Assembly (NCBI RefSeq): GCF_016432865.1
Contig: NC_067403.1
Coordinates: 245,458,001 to 245,522,000, forward strand
Origin: Antechinus flavipes
Lineage: Eukaryota
DNA: 64,000 bases
Direction of reading: 5' to 3'
This document shows, in pieces, positions 11,286-22,770 of the stretch. The translations under genes and the position numbers were made by a program. Each line of letters starts with the position of its first letter. Within the stretch, counting starts at the first letter, position 1. The notes beneath the pieces were generated by a model. That model had not been told where the DNA came from, ran no database searches, and saw only the letters and a list, made by a program, of their open reading frames with translations.

Positions 11286-13425
11286 TAGAGGACTAAGTAT
11301 TTGGAAACAAATTACAGACAGCTCATTTAACCATTCGTAGGTCAAAACCAGCATGAAGTTTGTGCCAAACAATGGAATATAAATTACATGAGTTGGAGAA
11401 ATAGTTGAATTAATGTCTTATGCTATTAATGAATGTTTTTTTGTAGATATTATATGGAGATTAGAGTTTCTGAAAGGTGGCATTTTATGAGCTTATTTCT
11501 AATATTCTGATGACCAAAGACTTGAATTTTCTGAGATGTTTGGGTAAGCCAGGTAGATTTGAACAAAGACTTAGATCATTCCCCAGATGATGACATATGT
11601 TATAAAGGAAGTTGTGATAATTGTTCATCCAATACTTACCTAATGCCTACTTGTTACAATAATTGATTTCATTCTATAATATGATTATTGTTTATCTCAG
11701 GTTACAAGCAAAGTGGCCTTTTAAGAAAAGTTGGGAAGAAGTTAAGAGAAAGTTAAGAGAAGAAGAAACAGATCATCTACCTTCTAGTTAGTGATTTGAG
11801 TTCAACAGGGAGGATGATAATTTCCACTCTTCTAAGCATGAGCACAATTAATAGGTATTAAGAGTACTAATCTTTATAAGGAGATAGAATTTTACAGCTA
11901 GGAAGGCCATTGTAGTGAAGCTAAGGAATATTATCAGAAGTACTGAGAAGGATTAGTTATTTACTATGTCACTGGTAAGGAGGAATTAAAGAGCAATTCT
12001 CAGCTTTGATTATGACTTAATCAGGACCTTTTGCTTGGGTCTCAATATCTTCTTGGATTTCTGTTATCTATCCATGATATATCTTTCTGCTTCAATGTGG
12101 GTAAGCACCCATCACAATCAGTCTTATCAATCATTGCCATAGGGATTTTTCTTAGGGGGCATCATCATTATTCATCTAAATTGTTTTGTTGCGTTTTTTG
12201 TTTGTTTGTTTTTGTTTTTTAATGAGCAAAAAAATGTCAGAATCTAAAATGGTTTTATAAAGATTTTTTTTTTAGAAATCTTTTATAAAGATTTTTTTAC
12301 AAGCCAGAAGGGAGGTATGGCTCCTTCTCAATCAGATTCTGGAAGATTTATGTTGTACAAATTTAGAATAGGATACTCACAGATGGATCACATATATGCA
12401 GGTAGGTGATTTAAGGAGCCAACTTGAAAGTAGAGGGAGATGAATATGAATATATCAATATTACATAAAATTTGGGTGAAGTCAAAAGAGAATATAAAAC
12501 ATAGCCTTGGGTAGGCCCAAAACATTAAACATTGAATGGGAACACAATAGACCAATGTTTTGGATAAATCCAAGATCTGGGGGACTACTAAATTCCTTGC
12601 AGTCATTTCCAGTTTTCCTAAAACCTTATTAAAGTCAACCCATATTCTGAATGAAGATTGCATTATGTTAATTTATACAGTAAAAATTATTAATGTTTCC
12701 TCAAAATATTATATTTTCCAAAAAAATAAGATTTCCATAGGATTCTGCTATCATTGCTTTAATTGCTCTTATGATTTTAGCCATATATTTAGAAGCTTAA
12801 ATCAATCCACATTGAAATCTATAGAATCAAACCTATTTCACCATGTAGGTTTATTCAGTGTATCATTTATTAGTTAGCAATTTGCTAAAATGGTAATTTT
12901 AGCCATGACTTAAGGAAGTCTGCTTTTTTTTTTCCTTTGGGCAAAAAACATGCTATTCAACTGCTTTGAGAGTTTCTTAAAAATAATGTTTCAAAAATAA
13001 AGGCAATATATTTCTCATACAAATGATCATGCTTTCAAGGTAGATTTTGTTAGAACTAGTGCTCCCCATTATACTTTGCATGTAATTGGAATCAGTATTG
13101 TGCAAGGATATGAATTGGCTTTCAAAAGAAGGATATATATAAATAGAATTTTAAATTTAATCTCCCTTATCGTTATTTTCTACATATATTTCATAAGTTT
13201 AGACAATCAACAAAATGAAAAATGAAATTCTTATTTTGTTTTATTTCCAAATTATAACATTTAATGAAAATTTAACCATTTAATAGAATACATGGTGCTG
13301 ATTTTGGCAGATCCCTAGATGAAACCTACCTCTTTCTACTCTTATCCTTTGATCAGAATTGAACTCACTGGGGCTCAGTAGAAAATATCTAACCCCTCAA
13401 AACAGGACTCTGGTGGGACTATTGA

Positions 13426-13465
<40 letters not shown>

Positions 13466-13512
13466 TTTAAGTGTGTATATATATTGTGCAACAGAGGAAC
13501 TTGAAAAGATAT

Positions 13513-13552
<40 letters not shown>

Positions 13553-13560
13553 TTTTTAAC
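13426..13560. repeat. (TG)n and (AT)n microsatellites
   Basis: Direct reading. Confidence 0.95.
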
Positions 13561-14279
13561 CAAATATCCTTTGAATATCAGTCTCTTTGGATTTATTGAT
13601 GTAAGATGGATACTTAAAGAAACAAACACACACTCTATAATGTACTTGATGTGATCACATTCATGTTTACTTCAGTTTCAATATTGTCTAAACTTTGAAT
13701 AAAATTTAAGTCACAATCATGCCTTTACAACTGATCTTTTGGAACCCAGGTTTAAACTGTGGACTCAAAATACTACAGCTTACCATAGTTCTGAGATAAT
13801 TTAGCTTTGTTTCTATCAGTCAATAATTTACAGAACCTCAGAAAGTACTTTCTTCTCACAATCAATTGTATGGATTCTGAGTTGTAAATTCATCTCCCCT
13901 AACGAATCCTCTACTTGAAGAATTCAGTGAAGGCAGCTCTCAGACTCCACACATAAGTCATTTTAGTTTAGAACTTTGATTTTTAGCATAATTTTACTTT
14001 AATTTTAACAAAATTTACATTTCTGTCATATCGATATATTCCTATTTATACCTTAATGTGCTCAGCAAAACAAAACAAACAAACAAACAAACAAAAAAAA
14101 AAACAAGTCTTTCTTACTTGACTGTTCTTTAAAATTTTAAAAATAATTGCTTTATCTCCAGTTGCAAGTCTTCCCTTTTGTAGATTAGCCATTTCAAATG
14201 CTTTATCTAACTCTTATATGACAAAATTTCAAGTTTTTTTTAATATCTATATCTATAATCTTATTTTTTTTTTTTTGTT

Positions 14280-16170
14280 TTTCCCCAGATACATTTAAAA
14301 CATTTTTACATTTGTTTTTAAAACTTTGAGTTTTAGAATATCTTCCATATATCTACTCCAGCCCCCATTAAGAAAGCATATGTGAAATTATGCTTAACTT
14401 TTTCATAAGTTATTTTATAAAAGAAAATATAGTTTCTCCCACAAAAAAACCCTCAGAAAAAATAAAGTTAATAGACAGAGAGACAGAGAGAAAATGAGTG
14501 AGTAACAGAGAGAGAGAATTTCAATCAGTAGTCAGATACAATTGGTGCTGTTACTGGGTATGAATAAGATTTTTCAACATAACTTCTCTAGAGTATCCAT
14601 TCATCACTGTACTGCTAAGTATAGCAAAACCATTCACAGCTGATCACCCCACAATGTCACTATTGCTTTGTACATAATACATTTTACTTTGGTGGAATTC
14701 AAAGTTACCTTATCAAAGTGACTTTCTTCATTTTTTAAAAAATAATTATTATGGATAACTGTGTTCCTTCCCACACCCCACATTGGTTCTATTCTCTCTT
14801 CTTTCACCTTCTCCCTCCTTTTTTTTTGTAACTTATAGGCCACTCCTTCCCCCAATATGGCCTCTCTTTTATCACCTACCCCTTTTCAAATACCCTATTC
14901 CCCTCCTACTTTCTGGAAGGATAAGATAGATTTCCCTACCCATATTGGGTATGCATGTTATTCCTCCTTAAACCAATTATGATGAAAATAATGTCCACCC
15001 CCTCATCCTCTCCTCTCCTACTTCCCCCACAATGGTAAATTTTTTTCTTACTTATTTTTATGTAAAATGATTTAAACCATTCCACTGTCCTTTTCCCATT
15101 CTCACAACACATTCCTCTTTCAAACTTTAATTTTATTTTTAAAATAAATTATCCATTCATTATTCAATTCACACCTGTTCCTTTTGTCTATACCTACTGG
15201 TTCTAAAAGCCATAAAAATGAGAAAGTTCTAATGAGTTACAATTCCATGTAAGAATGTAAACAGATAAACCTAATTAAATCCCTTGTGGTATCTGTTTCC
15301 TGCTTCTTCTTATGCTTCTCCTGAGTCCTTATTTGAAAATCAAATGTTCCATTTAGCTCTGTTCTTTTAATCATGAATGTTTAAACATCTGCTATTTTAT
15401 TGAAGATCCCCCTTTTCCTCTGAAAGTTATACATAGTTTTGCTGGGTGTGTGATGCTTGGCTGTAATCCTAGCTCAATTGTTTTAATGTAGAAGCTTCTA
15501 AATCTTATTATTCTAACTGTAGCTCTATTATATTTGACTTTTTTTTTTCTTTCTGGATACTTTCAATATTTTCTCCTTAACCTGGGAAATGTGGAATATG
15601 GCTTTAATATTCCTGAAAGTTTTCATTTTGGGATCTCTGTCAGGAGATGATTGGTGGATTTATTCAATTTCTAATGTATTCTTTAGATCTATAATAACAG
15701 GACAGTTTTGCTTGTAATTTCTTGAAAGATCCATGTCCAGGCTCTTTCTTTTATCATGACTTTCTAACAGATCGATAATTTTAATGTTACCTCTCTTTTT
15801 TTTTTCTTTGCTTTATAGTAAAAGTCATAAAGTCATCAGCTTAAATTTGTTCAATTCTAATTTTTAAGGAATTATTTTTCTCAGTAAACTTTTGTACCTC
15901 ATCTCCCATCTGTCCAATTTTGCTTTTTATAAAATTCTTCTCATTACCATTTTGTATTTTTTACAATATTCTCAAATGTTTTCCTATCTTTCTTTTGCTC
16001 TGTCTCTCTTTATTGATTTTCAAAAGCCCATTTAAGTTTTTCCATGCCCTGAGCTCAATTATTATTTTTCTTGGAGACTTTGTATATAGAAGCTTTGACT
16101 TTATTATCATCTTCCAAGTACATGTGTTGCTCTCCCTTGCCAACAAAATAGCTTTCAATTGGCCAAATGT
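14280..16170 (-). mobile_element. HAL1-like (ORF1-only) L1 derivative
   Basis: Minus strand runs ORF1-like sequence, purine-rich spacer, the junction aaaaaatgaagaaagtcactttgataagg, then the L1 3' UTR and a T-run, with no reverse transcriptase region. Confidence 0.6.
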
Positions 16171-16871
16171 TTAAAAAAAAAAGATAAAAAAGATAACTGA
16201 AGAAAATGATTAAAAAAAATTAGAATTGAACAAATAGAAGACAATGATTCAATGACACATCGTGAATCAGGTAAGCAAAATCAAATAAATGAAAAAAAAA
16301 AATAGAAGAAAATGTAAAATATCTCATTGGAAAAGCAACTGCCAAGGGAAATAGATCCAGGAAAGACAATCTAAGAATTCTTGCATCATCTGAAAAACCA
16401 TGATTAAAAAAAAAAAAAAAGCACAAGAAATCATCAAGGAAAACTGCCCTGATATCCTAGAACCAGAAGGTAAATTAACCTTTGGAAAAATCCATTGATG
16501 ACCTCCTGAAAAAGACTTCAAAATAAAAATTTCAACAAATATTGTAGCTAAATGACAGAATTATCAAATCAAGGAAAAAATAGTACAAGTAGCCAGAAAG
16601 AAACAATTCAAATAATAAAGAGCAACAATCAGGATTACCTGACTTAGTACCTTCCAATTTAAAGTATCAAAGAATCTAGAATATGACATCCCAGACCATA
16701 AAGAAGTTCAGAGTGTAACCAAGAATTAGCTATCTGGAAAAACTAAGCATTATCTTTCAAAGAAAAAAAAAATGGGTATTCAATGAAATAGAGGATTTTC
16801 ATTTTTTTTTTTTTTATGAAAAGACCAATCAGATCTGAACAGAAAACTTGATTTTCAAATTCAGGACTGAA

Positions 16872-16932
<61 letters not shown>
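16872..16932. repeat. (TA)n microsatellite within L1
   Basis: Direct reading. Other TA tracts at 11153-11210 and 47568-47590; poly-T at 702-726; poly-A at 17707-17733. Confidence 0.95.
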
Positions 16933-16934
<2 letters not shown>

Positions 16935-17702
16935 TTATATACATGAAAGTACAAAAGGAAGAAAAAACTTTGATTTTTAAAGGTTAAAATGTTTACAACT
17001 CTACAAGGGAATTTGATATGTGTAACTCTTGTGAACTGTCTCTTTATAAGGTGTATACTTAGAAGGTGTAGGTATAAGTTGACTTTAATATGATGATATA
17101 AGAAAAAAAAAAAAAACCAAGAGATGGAAAATGAATGGTACTAGAAGAGAAAGAGGGAGATAAAATATAGTAAATTACATCACAAAAAAAAAAAAAGACC
17201 TATTACAATTGAGAGAAAGAAAGGAGGGATATGAGCATTCTTTGAACCTTAATCTCATTGTATTTGGCTCAAAGAGGAAATATGCATACTTAATTTGAAA
17301 TAGAGGCTTGGCTTAATCTATAGGGAAGTAGAAGTAGAAAGGGAAAAGGAAAGCAGGAGACTAATAGAAGTGAGAACCAAAGTAGGAAGGTAAGGAGGCT
17401 AAAAAAGGGAGGTCAGATTAAAGGAGGTGGTGTTCAGAAGAAATATACTGGCAAGGAGGGAAAGGGGGAAAGGAGAGAGTGAAGTAAAACTTGGAAAAAA
17501 TAGGATGGCAGGAAATACAGAATCTATTATTTTAACTGTGAATGTGAATGGGATGAACTCTTTTGTGAAAGAGAAGTGAATAGCAACCATATTTAAAGCC
17601 AGAATGCTGCAATATGTTGTTTACAAAAAACACATTTGAGGCAGAGAGATGATACAGAGTAAAGGTAAAAGACTAGAGCAGAATCTATTAAGCCTTGCCT
17701 GC

Positions 17703-17735
<33 letters not shown>

Positions 17736-18788
17736 ACATATAGCAATCCTAATCTCAGATCAAACAATAGTAAAAATAAATCTAATTAAGAGAGATTTGG
17801 AAGAAAACTACATCTTGCTAAAGGATAACATAGGTAATGAAGTACTATCAATACTAAAACATATGCACCAAGTGGTATAGCCTCTAGCAAAATTAGTGAG
17901 GAACCTCAAAATTCCTCTATCAGAACTCTGGGATACCACTACATATCTCTTAGATTAGCTAAAATGACAGGAAAAGATAATAATAAATGTTGGAGGAGAT
18001 GTGAGAAAACTGAGACATTAATATATTATTGGTGGAGCTGTGAACTGATCCAACCATTCTAGAGAGCAATATGGAACTATGGCCAAAGGGCTATCAAATT
18101 ATGCATAACCTTTGATCTAGCAGTGCTGTACTGAGTTTCAAAGAGATCATAAAAATGGGAAAATGTCCTGCGTGTGCAAAAATGTTGGTAGCAGCCCTTT
18201 TTGTAGTGTCAAGGAACTAGAAACTGAATGGATGTCCATTAGTTGGAGAATAAGGTATGAATAAGCTGGATCTTATGGAATACTGTTGTTGTATAAGAAA
18301 TGATCAGCAGAATGCTTTCACAAAGGCTTGGAGAGATTTACATGAGCTGATGCTCAGTGAAGTGAATAGAACCAAGAGAACATTGTACATAACAACAAGA
18401 TTATGCATTGATCAACTGTAATCGGCTTGGCTCTTTTCAACAATGAGGCTATTCAAACCAATTCCATGAGAATTATGATGGAGAGAGCCATCTGAACCAA
18501 AAGAGAGGACTATGGGGACTTAATGTAGATCACAACCTGGTATTTTCAGTTTTTTTAATTGTTGTTTGCTTGCTATTTTCCCTTCATTTTAAAATATTTT
18601 TCTTCTGATTTTTCTTGTGCAGCATGATAAATGTGAAAATAGAAGAATTGCACGTTTAACATATATTGAATCACTTGCTGCCTAGGGGAGAAGGTGGGAG
18701 GCAGGGAGAGAGAAAAAAAAATGGAACACAAGATTTTGCTGTTGTAAATGTTGAAAACTTTCTTTACATGTATTTTGAAAATAAAGAG

Positions 18789-19352
18789 TGTTGTGATCTA
18801 GTTCAGATGGATCTGAATCGGTCCTTGTTCGGGCGCCAAAATGTGGTGATCTTCTTCCCAAATGCAGCCAGGTGATGAAAGTTCAGATCTTTTATTATCT
18901 CCAATATAGCCCGGTTAGCTTAGAGGCCTATCTCTCTGCTTGGTTCCAAGAGCTCTTGCCGCTTTGTCCTTTGCTTCTGCCTCTGCTTTCTTCAGCCTCC
19001 AGAGCTAGTACCAAGTTGAATCTGTCTTGCCTTGAAGAGAGGGCTTCTGGCGTAATTCTGCTGAAATCCCAACTTGTAGCTTCTTCACTCTGAAGAACTT
19101 CTTTGACTGGCCCATTGAAGCTCTATTTATGCTCCTTCAAGAGAGGGATTGTGGGTTTTCTCCCATAGTGCTCTCTGGCCCAAAGAGCTTCAAGGCAGGT
19201 ATGAACTCATTGAACTCCAATGAGTAAAGGTGTGAACACAAGCCTTGTATTAATTAGTTCTACTTAGTACCTTGTTTCAGGTTCTGCCCAAAACATCTTC
19301 TTGTAAGATTAGATCAACTCTAATTAGTTAGCAGTTAGTAAGGATTCCAACA
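18789..19352 (-). mobile_element. ERV2 (betaretrovirus-like) LTR with retained tRNA-Lys PBS
   Basis: 6-bp TSD AAAGAG (18783-18788, 19353-19358). Minus strand runs TGTTGG...GATCACCACA (LTR 19352-18842), then PBS TGGCGCCCGAACAAGGAC (18838-18821; 17/18 match to the Lys3 PBS TGGCGCCCGAACAGGGAC). AATAAA on the minus strand near 18895. Confidence 0.9.
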
Positions 19353-20450
19353 AAAGAGTTGTTATTAAATTGTTTTTTTTTAATTGTACCCAAAAATGAA
19401 ACAAACTTGAAATTTGATGAAGGCAGAAGAAACTGGGCTCTTCTTATAAATTAATCTTAAAATTATATTCAATTAATTCAGTTTAATATTTTGTTAACTT
19501 TTAGAAGTACTCACACAATCAATTTTAACAATTGTTTAATAATTGATATCAGTCATGAATTTATTAAAATCCTTACCTGATTTTCACCATGACAATTTTC
19601 TTAACAAATTGCCATATTGATATTTAAATTTGGATGGATTTTCTCAGAAGAGATACATTTGTCACTATATTGTTCAACAAGTAATGTTTAAGAGCCTTCT
19701 ATGAGTCAAGATCTTTGCTAATTGCTGAGGATATTGAAAAATAATAGGCAAAAAACAATGCAAGTTCTCAAGAACTATGTTTAGCAAATGAGGACACATG
19801 AAAATCACTATTTACAAGCAAAGTATAGACAGGATAAATTATTTTTCTTCAGCAGAGAGGTGTATATACTGAAATCAAGAGGGCTGGGATAGATTTTCTA
19901 TGAAATTACTATCTGATATAAATAAAGTTCCTTAGAAGTGGTTACTCATTGTTTTGTATGTACTTAGTACGTTTCTACTATTTGTGAGAAATAGCAAGGA
20001 AAATAAAATTTCATTGCATGCAATTATTCATTTTCTTAACTCAAGGATCATAGCTTTAAATGTAGAAGGCACCTCACAGTGCTCTCTCATATATCTACCT
20101 GGATATGGATGGAAATTTTGTATTCAATTGTACTTTTTGAGTTTAATATTTAACTTCCCTCCATTTTTACATCTGGAAATTCAATATATCAAGCCTCCAT
20201 AATTTTTTTTTTTTTTTTGCCAATTCCAAGGTGTGAAGTCTTCCTGAAAAATTAAACAATCAGCTCTTTTAAATCCATCTGAAAAGATCAGGAATTAGAT
20301 AAAATTAACTCTCCAAATATAAGATCATTTGCTCCAAACACTTAAAAATAAAAATACCTAAATCCTAGGATATACTGATTTCCTTAAATTGCAAATTCTA
20401 GGAAATCGTTCTTGGCCTTATAAACTGTTTTCTTACTTGCCCCATAGCAG

Positions 20451-21413
20451 ATGAAACTGATTAAACATGTTCCAGGAAATCTCTCCCATGTGACCACATT
20501 CATTCTTATTGGAGTCTCAGATCATCCAGAGCTTCAACTTCCCCTCTTCTTCATCTTCTTAGCAATCTATGGAGTGACAGTGACTGGAAATGTGGGAATC
20601 ATCACACTCACTGGTATAGATTCTCGACTTCAAACTCCCATGTACTTTTTCCTCAGACACTTGGCAATCATCAATCTTGGCAATTCTACTGTCATTGCTC
20701 CCCAGATGCTGGTTAATTTCTTGGTGGAGAAGAAAACCATTTCCTACTATGGATGTGCAACCCAACATGGAGGTTTCTTAGTGTTCATTGTTGCTGAAGT
20801 TTTCATGTTGGCTGCTATGGCCTATGACCGTTATGTGGCTATTTGTAATCCTCTATTATACATGGTTGTTGTATCACGGAAAGTTTGCTTTCTACTCGTC
20901 ATCCTTACATATTCCTACAGTTTAGCTACAGCAGTGACTGTCACTTCCTGTGTTTTTTCAATGTCCTACTGTTCTTCCAATGTCATTAATCATTTTTACT
21001 GTGATAATGTCCCTTTGTTAGTTTTATCTTGCTCTGCTACACATATGCCAGAAACGGTAGTTTATATCTCTACAGCTAGTAATCTCTTCTTTTCCATGAT
21101 AATTGTCCTGGTGTCCTACTTCCAGATCATCTTGGCCATCCTGAGGATACGTTCAGCAGAAGGAAGACGGAAAGCTTTCTCTACCTGTGCTTCCCACATG
21201 ACAGCTGTCACTGTTTTCTATGGGACACTCCTTTTCATGTATTTGCAGCCTCAGTCAAACCATTCCTTAGATACTGATAAAATGGCTTCAGTGTTTTATA
21301 CACTAGTGATCCCCATGCTGAATCCTATGATCTATAGTATGAGGAACAAGGATGTAAAGGAGGCACTGAAGAGAGTCCTCATCAACTCTTGTCGAACTTT
21401 TAAAAACATGTAA
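20451..21413 (+). CDS. OR8J3: Olfactory receptor OR8J3-like (gene 2, type A), 320 aa
   Basis: Intact ORF with the same motifs; 19 aa differences from gene 1 by my manual count. Confidence 0.95.
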   Translation: MKLIKHVPGNLSHVTTFILIGVSDHPELQLPLFFIFLAIYGVTVTGNVGIITLTGIDSRLQTPMYFFLRHLAIINLGNSTVIAPQMLVNFLVEKKTISYYGCATQHGGFLVFIVAEVFMLAAMAYDRYVAICNPLLYMVVVSRKVCFLLVILTYSYSLATAVTVTSCVFSMSYCSSNVINHFYCDNVPLLVLSCSATHMPETVVYISTASNLFFSMIIVLVSYFQIILAILRIRSAEGRRKAFSTCASHMTAVTVFYGTLLFMYLQPQSNHSLDTDKMASVFYTLVIPMLNPMIYSMRNKDVKEALKRVLINSCRTFKNM

Positions 21414-21679
21414 TATGATAAATATTTGAGTAAATAGAGTCATCATCTGAGAAAGCACTTCTCAAATTACAATTGTTATCCATATCAATATAATTTAGCA
21501 TATACCCCTTTTTATGACAATGTTCTTAGTGTTTACTTATCATAATCAGATTATTGGTTCAAAATATGGTTTATTTTTATTTCTAGTTATACATTTGCAG
21601 GCCATCTGCAACAAAATTTTTTTTTTCATTCCTCTAGAATTGAGGTATATAAACCTCTTACTATTATTAGTTTGATAAT

Positions 21680-22770
21680 TGTGGAGTGGGTTTTTTTTTT
21701 TCCTCAACATGGTTACAATTTTAATTTTCTTGATCTTTGCTTTAGTTGAACATTATAGTTATTAAATATTAGGATATTTAAATTGAGAGAAATACATGCA
21801 GTGAATATAATATTGTATTTCATAAAAAATCCTTCCTTCTCCTATTCACCTATTTTTGTGATTATATCACTTACTTTTACTGATAATTTATAATATATTA
21901 ATTCCACCTAAAGAAATCATATTTATTTTATCCCATGAAAAGTGATAGCTCTCCAGTAACATTAAAGAAAAGTACTTTTTAACTCCCCCTTTTGTGATGT
22001 GAGTATTACATCAGGACATGGACAGGAATGGAAGAATATCTCAGAACTTAGATTATATCAGATGCAGAAAAGAATAAAGTAAATGTAGCCACAGTGTTTA
22101 AATTGGTATGAAAAACACATCCTACAACTGATAAATGGCTTATACACTCATGGAGTCATGATGAGCTGTATAGAGGACTAGATTACTGATTGCACTGCAA
22201 TAATCATGTGCCATGATAGTCAAGAGCAAACACTCAGTAGTCTGGAAATTTTGAGAGATATGCATATAGGTCATATAACCACAAAAGGAATTGGTCTTAT
22301 TCTCTATTATTAATTGACTAATATCTTAAATGTGATTGCTGAAGAATAACAGGCATCCAAAAAAAGATAGACATTCAAGAAATGGTACATGGGGGTGTGT
22401 TGGGGCCAATTCACCCCAACTTATATAAACAATCCCAGATTCCTCACCAACATAAAGAGATCTTCTGCTAAGAACACAAAGAAAAAGATAATTTGTATAT
22501 GTAGATCAATGGTCATCAAAATGTTGTCCAGAGAATCCTTGGATTCCCTAAAATCCTTACAGAAGTTCTACAAAATCAAAATTAGTTTTTATTTCTAATT
22601 TTGTAAATATCTATACATGTGACCCATATAAACAAAATCTCTTTGGTCACATCCTCAATAATTTTTAATAGAATAAAGACACTGAGAACAAAAGTTTGAG
22701 AAACATTGTTCTAGCTGATTTATAAAGCCCTTCAAAACAAACATGGTGATTATGATATGTTAATCAACAT
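21680..22770 (-). pseudogene. OR5T: OR5T-like pseudogene, convergent with gene 2, interrupted by a hAT MITE
   Basis: Minus-strand translation gives ITMFVLKGFINQLE, then after the MITE HTPMYHFLNVYLFLDACYSSAITFKI and TTECLLLTIMAHDYCSAISNLVLYT (about 22241-22167). Stops and frameshifts are present. Confidence 0.85.
22507..22708. mobile_element. hAT-Charlie (MER5A-like) MITE inside the OR5T pseudogene
   Basis: TIRs caatggtcatcaaa and tttgagaaacattg. Flanking 8-mers atgtagat and ttctagct resemble the Charlie NTCTAGAN target. Confidence 0.7.

Larger units (their letters stand above)
16175..19380 (+). mobile_element. Degenerate L1: ORF1 3' part, spacer, ORF2 endonuclease start, large internal deletion, ORF2 C-terminus, 3' UTR; interrupted by an ERV LTR
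   Basis: actgtgaatgtgaatgggatgaactc (VNVNGMN, endonuclease start) near 17535 and gataccactac...aaatgttggagg (RYHY..KCWR cysteine-rich region) near 17930. Confidence 0.85.

Noticed and set aside
18821-18838. 18-nt match to the tRNA-Lys 3' end
   Set aside because: It is a retroviral primer-binding site next to an LTR, not a tRNA gene or fragment.
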